A DNA stretch of 64,000 nucleotides from an uncultured cyanobacterium (GTDB taxonomy: Bacteria > Cyanobacteriota > Cyanobacteriia > Pseudanabaenales > Pseudanabaenaceae), in the NCBI GenBank assembly GCA_963703315.1, contig OY969811.1, positions 1,504,001 to 1,568,000 on the forward strand. The letters are read 5' to 3'. Position numbers and translations under genes: made by a program. Below, one piece after another: positions 47,615 to 56,500 of this stretch (its first letter is position 1; every line of letters starts with the position of its first letter). Under the pieces are notes generated by a model, which saw nothing but the letters and a program-made list of their open reading frames with translations, was not told the DNA's origin and searched no databases.

Positions 47615-48598
47615 ATGACATTAAAAGTTGGAATTTTAGGATTTGGTGGATTAGGGCAGGCGGCAGCGAAGTTGCTTAGTGCTAAGCAAGAAATGCAGCT
47701 AGTTGTAGCGGCGGACAAAGAAGGCTTTGCCTATGACCCACAAGGGCTAAATGCGACTGAAGCGATCGCCGCTTACCAAAGTAAAGGCTCACTGGGTTAT
47801 CTCAAAGGATCAGGCATTCTTACCCAAGACAGTATCGCTGAGGCGATCGCAAAGGCAAAAGATGTTGATGGTTATTTCTTAGCATTGCCTAACTTGCCTA
47901 ATACTTTCATGGCAAGCGTTGCTAAGCAATTCATCACTTCAGGTTGGAAAGGTGTGCTAGTTGATGCGATCAAACGTACTAGCGCCGTTGAACAGATGAT
48001 TACCCTTGCTCCAGAACTAGAAGCCGCAGGGATTACCTATATGTCTGGTTGTGGCGCAACTCCCGGTTTGTTGACGGCGGCGGCAGCGATCGCGGCTCAG
48101 AGCTTTGCGGAAGTTCACAAGGTGGAAATTACTTTCGGAGTCGGTATTGCCAACTGGAATGCTTACCGAGCAACTATCCGTGAAGATATCGCGCATATGT
48201 CAGGTTATACCGTTGATATGGCGCAAGCGATGACCGATGCAGAAGTAGAAGCATTACTGGAAAAGACCAATGGTTTAATCTCGTTGGAAAATATGGAACA
48301 CGCTGATGACATCATGCTCGAACGTGTAGGTATTTGCGATCGCGATCGCGTTACTGTTGGTGGTGTCGTCGATACTCGCAATCCCAAGAAGCCTCTTAGC
48401 ACGAATATGAAGCTGACAGGGCGCACTTTTGAGGGCAAAATTTCGACACACACCTTCACCCTCGGCGATGAAACCAGCATGGCAGCGAATGTTTGTGGTC
48501 CTGCCTTTGGCTATCTCAAAGCTGGCAAGCAATTCCATCAACGCGGTATTTATGGTCTGATGACCGCCGCCGAAGTGATGCCTGCTTTCGTTCGTTAA
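47615..48598 (+). CDS. bioU: BioU, (S)-8-amino-7-oxononanoate synthase-type biotin pathway enzyme
   Basis: GFGGLG Rossmann motif, VDAIKRT with the modified Lys, [10 protein letters not shown] and [15 protein letters not shown]. Confidence 0.85.
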   Translation: MTLKVGILGFGGLGQAAAKLLSAKQEMQLVVAADKEGFAYDPQGLNATEAIAAYQSKGSLGYLKGSGILTQDSIAEAIAKAKDVDGYFLALPNLPNTFMASVAKQFITSGWKGVLVDAIKRTSAVEQMITLAPELEAAGITYMSGCGATPGLLTAAAAIAAQSFAEVHKVEITFGVGIANWNAYRATIREDIAHMSGYTVDMAQAMTDAEVEALLEKTNGLISLENMEHADDIMLERVGICDRDRVTVGGVVDTRNPKKPLSTNMKLTGRTFEGKISTHTFTLGDETSMAANVCGPAFGYLKAGKQFHQRGIYGLMTAAEVMPAFVR

Positions 48599-48605
48599 GC
48601 AAGAT

Positions 48606-48633
48606 GTAGGGGCAATTCATGAGTTGACCTTAC
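48606..48633. repeat. GTAG-type REP palindrome
   Basis: GTAGGGGCAATTCATGAGTTGACCTTAC; a related copy lies at 63861. Confidence 0.65.
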
Positions 48634-48660
48634 ATTTGTTCTTAGAATTGGTGGCTATGT

Positions 48661-48752
48661 AAACCCAAGAAGACGAGTGACGGCGCGAAGCGCCGTCACT
48701 CGTCTTCTTGGGTTTTGATTTTTCCTAATGAAGGCAAATGGCGATCGCTATA
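48661..48752. repeat. Dispersed hairpin element ending in HIP1-GCTATA
   Basis: AAACCCAAGAAGACGAGTGACGGCGC-GAA-GCGCCGTCACTCGTCTTCTTGGGTTT. Confidence 0.8.
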
Positions 48753-48835
48753 TGATGGAAAACTAAATTATGTTAGATTGCCAAGAAATTTTTGATAGTC
48801 TGACATAATTAGTTTAATTATTCATCTTGTCAATA

Positions 48836-50017
48836 ATGCGATTGTATAAATTTTTCAAGATTCTATCTCTGCTATCTACAATTTATTTGTCTATAAGTAG
48901 CTCAGCAGCTTTGGCAAGAGCGCAAGATAAAAAGATAAAAGTATTGCAAGAACAAAGAGAACAGAAAAATGACTTTCCAGTTCTAGATGATTCGCAATTT
49001 GTACCATTGCAAGATCTTGAAAAATTATTAAATAGAGAACAAAGCATTATTTTAGCTTCGCCTAGTAAACTTAATCCTAGTTTACGAATACCAGATCCTG
49101 AACCTATACCTATTGAGAAGCCGACGATAGCGCCAAAAAAAGAATCTGCGATGATAGATTATGCAGTTCTTGATAGTATGACTACAAACTTCCAAAATGA
49201 TGATGATGGGAATGGACAACGTAGCCAAATTATAGAACCAGATTGGAAATGGCGTTTTAAAGATGGAACTATAATTGGTTTTCAAACAGGATTTAATTCT
49301 TTTGACTTAGCAGGCAAAAAATCAATATACAATTTTCCATTACAGTTTAGTGTCGAGAAAAAGCTGGGTTCTCTTAATCTCAATGTGCGTGGGGGAATCG
49401 ATGTTTACGATCGCTTGCCAACGACAGCAAACTTTGAACTTAATGCGAGTCTGCCTGTGTTCGATGGGGTGACATTATTTGGTGTTTTAGAGCAGAAACC
49501 CTATAAAGCAAATGTAGATACCATTGAGAGTCAACTTAAAACTCGTAGATTTGGTCCGAATATTTATTGGCAAATTGATCCAGATACTAGTTTATTTTCG
49601 TTATATCGTTGGGGTAACTATAGCGATGGAAATAACGATCAATTGTCTTTTAGTCGTTTAGAGCGCAAATTTGGTCAGTTTGCGATCGCTGCAAATTTAT
49701 TTACTTGGTTTTATGATCGCGAATCCCAGCCCAATATTTACTTTTCGCCTAGAGATTTTCTGGTATATACTGGCGAACTATCTTGGCAGGGCGATATATT
49801 TGATTTTTTAAACTGTAAATTAGCGATTAGTGCAGGAGAGCAACGACTTAATAGTAGTTTTACCCCTGCAAATAGTTATCAAGCAAAATGTACAGTCAAA
49901 GTATTGCCTAATATTGAGATGGATTTAGGGTACTTGTCCAGTAATGTCCAGAAATCTACTGGTGGTCTGAGTTATCAGAATGCAACAATCTCTGGACAGT
50001 TAAGAATGAAATTTTAA
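48836..50017 (+). CDS. Putative outer-membrane beta-barrel protein (candidate polysaccharide export pore)
   Basis: Signal peptide, alternating beta-strand pattern, YSDGN and YFSP motifs as in PgaA/BcsC-type barrels, C-terminal Phe. Confidence 0.6.
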   Translation: MRLYKFFKILSLLSTIYLSISSSAALARAQDKKIKVLQEQREQKNDFPVLDDSQFVPLQDLEKLLNREQSIILASPSKLNPSLRIPDPEPIPIEKPTIAPKKESAMIDYAVLDSMTTNFQNDDDGNGQRSQIIEPDWKWRFKDGTIIGFQTGFNSFDLAGKKSIYNFPLQFSVEKKLGSLNLNVRGGIDVYDRLPTTANFELNASLPVFDGVTLFGVLEQKPYKANVDTIESQLKTRRFGPNIYWQIDPDTSLFSLYRWGNYSDGNNDQLSFSRLERKFGQFAIAANLFTWFYDRESQPNIYFSPRDFLVYTGELSWQGDIFDFLNCKLAISAGEQRLNSSFTPANSYQAKCTVKVLPNIEMDLGYLSSNVQKSTGGLSYQNATISGQLRMKF

Positions 50018-50031
50018 CCAAGAAATGATAA

Positions 50032-51165
50032 ATGTTACAAATTTTAGTAATTGATGATGATCTCGTCATGCGGATGGTTCTAAAAAATACCCTTCAAGAG
50101 CAGGGCTATGGAGTAATCGTTGCTAAAAATGGTAAGGAAGGAATTGAACTTGCTCAAAAACATCATCCTGCTTTAGTTATATGTGATTGGTTGATGCCTG
50201 ATGTTGATGGGTTAGAGGTCTGCTCTCAAATCAAGCAAGAATCTAGTCTTTCTTCCACTTTCTTTATCTTATTGACTTCACGGAGTGCCGTAGAAGATAA
50301 AGTTAAGGCACTCGATAGTGGAGCCGATGACTTTCTCTCAAAACCGATTGAAAAAATTGAATTGATTGCTAGTGTGCGGGCAGGTTTGAGGTTATACCAA
50401 CTCAATCAAGATTTGCAATTACAAAAGCAGTTATTAGAATCAGAACTCAATGAAGCCAGTGAATATGTCAAATCACTTCTGCCCGTAAGTTTAGAAGGAG
50501 ATGTAAATATTCTCACTCAGTTCATTCCTTCTAGTCAATTAGGAGGCGATTGCTATGATTTCTATTGGCTTGATCCTGATCATTTAGTGATTTATTTAAT
50601 TGATACCTCTGGGCATGGTGTGGGATCGGCTTTGCTGTCGATTTCGATTTTGAATCTATTACGATCGCAGTCCTTTGGCAAAGAGAAACTCTACGATCCC
50701 AGTGCTGTGATGACTGAACTCAATCATTCTTTTCAGATGAGTCAGCAAGGGGGGCGTTATTTTACGATGTGGTATGGGGTCTACCAGCGATCGCAACGTC
50801 AATTAGTTTATGCCAATGCAGGACATCCCCCAGCCTTGTTAGCTGTTGGTAATGATAATTCGCAATTACAGCAATTACCGAGCCTGAGTATGCCGATTGG
50901 GTTTTTTCCTGATATTGAATATGCAAGTGCGGAATTAGCGATCGCGCCCAATAGTAGCCTTTATGTTTTTAGTGATGGTATTTTTGAGGTGATGCAAGCA
51001 GAGCACAAAATTTGGGGACTACCAAAATTTATTGATTTGCTAACCCATGAGCTTCCAACTAATACGGCGATTAGTGCAAATTGGGTACGACAATGTATTC
51101 GTAGGGAGACCCCCGATGCTGATTTTGAAGATGATGTTTCGCTCTTGCAAATTAATTTTAGCTAG
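50032..51165 (+). CDS. Receiver domain + SpoIIE/PP2C phosphatase (RsbU/RsbP-like)
   Basis: IDDD...CDWLMP...KP receiver; LGGDCY, DTSGHG, NAGHPP, FSDG and DDVSL phosphatase motifs. Confidence 0.92.
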   Translation: MLQILVIDDDLVMRMVLKNTLQEQGYGVIVAKNGKEGIELAQKHHPALVICDWLMPDVDGLEVCSQIKQESSLSSTFFILLTSRSAVEDKVKALDSGADDFLSKPIEKIELIASVRAGLRLYQLNQDLQLQKQLLESELNEASEYVKSLLPVSLEGDVNILTQFIPSSQLGGDCYDFYWLDPDHLVIYLIDTSGHGVGSALLSISILNLLRSQSFGKEKLYDPSAVMTELNHSFQMSQQGGRYFTMWYGVYQRSQRQLVYANAGHPPALLAVGNDNSQLQQLPSLSMPIGFFPDIEYASAELAIAPNSSLYVFSDGIFEVMQAEHKIWGLPKFIDLLTHELPTNTAISANWVRQCIRRETPDADFEDDVSLLQINFS

Positions 51166-51482
51166 TCTTGAATAGCTAAATCGAAGGCAGCGCGGTCAGG
51201 TAAGATATCGAAAATTTTATCCATTTTAGTTAATTCTAAAATGATGCTGACCTGATCATTGAGAGAACAAAGATAAAGCTGTGCTTCTTGTTTGCGGACT
51301 TGTTGCAGGGTGGCAACCAGCGCTCCCAGTCCTGAACTATCCATAAAAGTAATATTGCTGAAATCAATCAAGATTGCCTCTACGCCTAAGTTAAGCAGAT
51401 CACTAATCTCACGGCGGAGTTGTGTGCCACCTGCACTATCGATCAAGCCTTCAGGTGCTAATACTTTTGATGATTTAGTCAT
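51162..51482 (-). CDS. STAS-domain anti-sigma factor antagonist (RsbV-like)
   Basis: ITFMDSSGLGAL phospho-serine motif. Confidence 0.92.
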   Translation of the reverse strand: MTKSSKVLAPEGLIDSAGGTQLRREISDLLNLGVEAILIDFSNITFMDSSGLGALVATLQQVRKQEAQLYLCSLNDQVSIILELTKMDKIFDILPDRAAFDLAIQD

Positions 51483-51539
51483 GATTGATTTCCTTGAAAT
51501 TGATGATTGATGAGATCCAGTACTTTATACTGCATTTTG

Positions 51540-53528
51540 TTAGATTTTAGATTCCTTAGGTTGCCATACTGCCGCTCGAATGATGACCGATAGTAGACAG
51601 ATATTATAAATTGCCCAGCTACTATTAATTAAATAAATCCAAGGATCGGGGAGAGTTCCCATCGCAAACCGAATTAGACTCCATGCCATACCGACGATGG
51701 TAAGGATCACAATCGTTAATTGGGGAATCACTAAATTAAGATATTTGCCTGACTGTCTTTGCTTGGGGGTCACTTGGAAGTTTAGGGGAGTGCGTGAAAA
51801 TACACTCCAAACTGCTTGAATGAAAAGTGGGAATAAGGCGATCGCATATTGCTCTGATCGCCACAGTTCACCCGCAGGGATACCCCATGTTGCCGCTAAG
51901 AAGGTTAATCGATTAATAATAAAGGCGGGGAAGAAATGAATAGCAAAGTCCGTACCAAAAGCTTTAACGGGAATAATCCCTGTGAAGAAAAAGATGATTG
52001 GACAGAGAATAAAGATTAAGGTGGTAAAACCAGAAAAATAGCTATACATGGTTTGGAAGTATTGCAAACGCTGCCAAAAACTCAAGCCAGATTTAGTTAA
52101 GGGATTTTCTTGTACTAGCACCTGAATCGTTCCCTGCGCCCAGCGTAAGCGTTGCTTGAGAGTAGAAACTAAATCATCGGGGGCAAGACCTTCGGCTAAA
52201 AGTTCATTGTGATAGGCAGATTGCCAACCAGCGCCATGCAAGCGCATCGCCGTATTCATGTCTTCCGTAATGCTGCTACTGGACATTCCCCCAATTAAGT
52301 CGAACTCAAAAATCCTTGTCGCATCCTTATCCAAAGCATCGGAGAAGTATTGCAAGCCCACATTAAGTAAGGCTTCGCGTCTTAGTACTGCATTCGTACC
52401 AGTGTAAAAAGCCGAGTTTAAGCCATCTTTGCCCTGTTGAATCGGACCATAGAAGAGATGGGCAGAATGTCCGTAGGGATCGCCTTCAGGAAGATTATAA
52501 AAATCCTGTGGTGTTTGCACAAAGGCAATCCGATTACCTTCATACTTGCCTGTCCATTGGTTATAGCTGAAGAAGTATGGCAGAACGCGATTCAGAAATT
52601 GGGGTTTAGGAATGTGATCGGCATCGAGGGTGAGAATAAACGAACCATTGGTATCACCTGAGAAGATGGCATGATTAATATTACCAGCCTTGGCATGATG
52701 GGGCTTACCCGCAATTTTGGTTCGGGCAATATAGCGACAACGGATCAAATCGCTCGATTCTGCCTCCTGTTGACGAATCTCGTTTTCTAGACATTTTTGT
52801 TCGTCTAAAAGGCGATCGCTGACGCTAATCCCAGTTGTTGACTTACCGCCAATAATTACAAAGGCATCGCGCAGGGTTTCTAAGAATCTCACCGCAGGAT
52901 GGGATTCCGTAGCATTTCTGAGAAAATCATCAGCTTCTCTAGCGGTGGGAAACAGTTCTTGTAATTGTTTTAATCTTGTTTCTAATTCAGCCCGTTCGTT
53001 TTCAATGCGTGCCGCTTCTGCTTGAATTTTAGGCGATCGCAAATCTTCTATGGCTAATCTCTGTGACATAGAGCGCATATCCAATGAGTTGCCATCGTCG
53101 AGAATATAGACGCGCAGCTTATTAGCAGGATAGTCGATCGCTAGAGCCGCCCGCACTGTCTCTTCCACCATCTCCACAGGTTCGTTATAGCAGGTGACAA
53201 ATACATCGACTGTCGGATAGTCGGCAATAGGCAAAACTGGACGCATTTGGTCTAGCGATCGCACTTCCCGTTCTAGGGGTCGCCACAGTCCGATCGTAAA
53301 CATCGCACCCCCGACAAAGCTATAAATTTCCGCCAGTAGCAAAGGAATCGATAGCCATAGCGCATCAAGATTGATCGAACCTGTAATCCGCCAGACTAAG
53401 TACCATGCACCGAGGATCAAATTAATCTCGGCGAGATAGCGAAATAGAAGGGTGCGCTTTTTGAGGCGCGATCGCATATTGATAACAAAGCTGGGCGCAT
53501 TCTCAAGAATCGCGGTGGGTGAAGCCAT
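51540..53528 (-). CDS. Cellulose-synthase-like processive GT2 glycosyltransferase without PilZ
   Basis: DDG, HAKAGN, DADH, QTPQ, FYTGTN, TED and QRLRW motifs; protein ends just after the last transmembrane helix. Confidence 0.9.
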   Translation of the reverse strand: MASPTAILENAPSFVINMRSRLKKRTLLFRYLAEINLILGAWYLVWRITGSINLDALWLSIPLLLAEIYSFVGGAMFTIGLWRPLEREVRSLDQMRPVLPIADYPTVDVFVTCYNEPVEMVEETVRAALAIDYPANKLRVYILDDGNSLDMRSMSQRLAIEDLRSPKIQAEAARIENERAELETRLKQLQELFPTAREADDFLRNATESHPAVRFLETLRDAFVIIGGKSTTGISVSDRLLDEQKCLENEIRQQEAESSDLIRCRYIARTKIAGKPHHAKAGNINHAIFSGDTNGSFILTLDADHIPKPQFLNRVLPYFFSYNQWTGKYEGNRIAFVQTPQDFYNLPEGDPYGHSAHLFYGPIQQGKDGLNSAFYTGTNAVLRREALLNVGLQYFSDALDKDATRIFEFDLIGGMSSSSITEDMNTAMRLHGAGWQSAYHNELLAEGLAPDDLVSTLKQRLRWAQGTIQVLVQENPLTKSGLSFWQRLQYFQTMYSYFSGFTTLIFILCPIIFFFTGIIPVKAFGTDFAIHFFPAFIINRLTFLAATWGIPAGELWRSEQYAIALFPLFIQAVWSVFSRTPLNFQVTPKQRQSGKYLNLVIPQLTIVILTIVGMAWSLIRFAMGTLPDPWIYLINSSWAIYNICLLSVIIRAAVWQPKESKI

Positions 53529-53577
53529 AAACTACCTACAAGAGCTAAAGACTAAGTTAAAAGAATTCAGGAAAAAG

Positions 53578-56500
53578 TTAAAACTTGATCGGTGCATTAA
53601 ACAACTGCTGCATATTTCGAGGCTCTACATAGCCAAATTTAGGATCAGCAATACTCTCTTGATATTTTCCATTTGGATTTTGCATATTTAAAGCCCAATC
53701 ACATTCTTTTTGGATATTGAAATAGATAACGGCTTGGACTGCTTGAGTATTGGCGAAATATTTAAAAGTGTTAGATAACCACTCATCTTTAGCATTCTGA
53801 TCTTGAGTTTGCGGTCTAACATAGCTACTAGATGCCGTTTGAGTAATAAAGATGGGCTTGTTCGGAGCAAGTTTTTGCATTCTCGAAATATAGGGAGCAT
53901 AGGCAAGTTCGGGGGAATCCCAGAGTTTTCTTTGATTGATTGGGTTAGGACAATAGCCCCAGTTATAGCCACTAAAGCCAACGATATCAACTTGAGCATC
54001 TTTAGGATAATAGTTCTCAAAGTCGTGTTCCCTAGCAGGACTAAAGCCATTAGGTGCAAAGACCCAAAGTACTGATTTGGCAGGAATACTAAATTCGGCA
54101 AAAATTTGCTGCAATCTTTGATATGCGATTTTGAAGTTGATCGGATCGAGGCTGTAGGTTTCTGCGTTAATATTCATTTCCTGCATGGGTGCAATAAACA
54201 TCATGCGCCCTTCCCCTTTGCCTGTCCAATCGGCAACTGCTTTAGCAACTCTTCGCAAATCCTTGTCTAAATCGCCTCTAGCAATTTCGGCGGCAGTGCG
54301 AGTTGACTTGAGATTAATAAAGGCGGTGTAGCCATTTTCACGCAAGAGTTCCAATCGACGACCAATATTGTAGTCAGGATTTTCATCTTGAATATCCATA
54401 AATATGCCAGCGATCGCGTGTTTTTTACCTGTCCATTGATCGACTGGCTTCAACTCGCGATCAATCGTACTTTGTTCACCGATATAGCCACTGGTGTAGA
54501 GTCCCAGTAATAGTGGTGGTCTAGGGTTGATGGAGTCTTTGGGCAATACTGGCTCAGGCTTTTGAGCAATTGGATTAGATGGCTGATTTGCAAGTTTCAC
54601 AGGTAAAGCTTGTACAGCATTGGAGCTACTTAAAAGCGGCACATTGCCTCTGGCTTTATACAATAAACTTTCTAAAACAATGCCGTTTGTGTTTACATCC
54701 ATGACATTGTTTACACCTAAGTTGGGGTTCTCATATTTACCTGACAAATAGCCGCGATCTCGATCGGCAACCGAGTTCATAGTGTCGCGTAACTTCGAGG
54801 CATACTCATCGGATTGGAGAACGCTCCAACCAAAGGCTGCTTTAGTACTCACAAATTTTAGTTCGGGATAGGCTTTGCCACGACTATCGATCGCTTGCCA
54901 AGGTTGTCCATTGACATAGGCGCTGTAATAGAGAAAGTAAGGCGATCGGTTAATCGAATCTTCATTAATCGAAGTCACAATTTGGGTACGTTCAAAGCGT
55001 TGTTTTTGTAATTGATAGAGCGTTTCGGCTTGACGCTTGCCCATGTCATTCCAGCCGATTTCTAAGCCCCATAGAACATAAGGATCATTAGTCAGATGAT
55101 TGCTTGCGCCAGAATTCTGAAGATCGCGACGATCGACTTCTAAATCAATGCCATCAACTTTTACGGTCTGGATTGGTGGATTGTTGAGGGCATTTGCGGC
55201 TTCTATTCCCCATAGTTTGAGAGAGTGGGCGGCATATTGTTCATAGCCGAGTCTGCCCTCTTGGAGATATTGAAAGCGATCGCTAGAGTCGGGATGTCCA
55301 CCATAGAGCCAGCCATCTTTGACGAGTTTGGTCAGTTGCCAGCGATTGACAATGTTGTTAATGCGATCGCGATAAGCGGGATGATTTACACGGATGACGT
55401 GCATTGCTCCCAAGAATCTCGCTGTATCGAGGGTTGACCAGCCACTGATGCCATCAGGATCGGGCGTGTTGTCAAGCTGATACATCGCGGCGTTGGTGGT
55501 GCTATATGCCTTGTTGGGTAAGCCGTGTTTTGGTAATGGCAACTTCTCAAGAGTGTTAAGTAATGCGGTCAGTCTTTGTTGAAAAACTTCAGGCGAAATG
55601 ATCCCTAGCTGTTGAGCAGAATGTAAACCAAGTAAAGCGCTGCCTTGATCCCATAGGGTTGTCCAAGCATAGCGATCTACTGCATTGACCATTCCCGTTT
55701 GCGGATTGAAATTATTCTCAAAATATTTCCATGCTAGTTTTGCCGCGATCGCATCGGTTTCTGATAGAGATATTTGAGAGATGGGCGCGATCGGTTGAGG
55801 TTGAGGTGTTGATGGATTAACTACGGGTACTTGAGGTTTTGGACTAATTGCGATCGGAGGCTGTTTTGGTTCTGGAGAAGCTATTGGTTTTATAGGTATA
55901 ACTACAGGCAGCTTAAATGGTTGTTTAGATTCTGGCGTAACTGGTCGGAGTTTCGTAGGTTGAGTTCTATCAATTATTAAAGGAATATCGGCAGTGAGAT
56001 TTGGTGTTTTTTCAGAAGTTATCGTATTAGAATTTGCTGACACCCAATAGCTATCGGCTCCATTCGTAATAAATTTTGCAGTTGGAGCTTTATTCGATGG
56101 TAGACCTCGGCTCAAGTCTTCAGAAGCGATCGCTTGCCACCAAGCAGAATTAGCAGATGTGGGACGAATCAAAGGCTGCTGATCCGTGGCGCGATAGAGA
56201 ATTGATTGCAAAATCAAGCTGTTGGTACTAGCGGTTTGATTGTTTTCACGATTACCTGAATTTTCATAGAAACCTTCATAAAATCCCAATTGGGGATTAT
56301 AGAGGTCAGTGACCGCTTGCCAAAGTTCGCGGGTGTATGGCTCATTAGGAAAGAGCGCATACATCGCAAAGGCTGTACCTGTACTAACAATGCGATCGCC
56401 TTTTGCAGATTGCCCCTGATCATCAAGGTTCGCCCAGCCCTGTCCATTGCCAACGATGCTGCTATGCAGAATATAGGGCGGCGTATTAATTGCCGATGTA

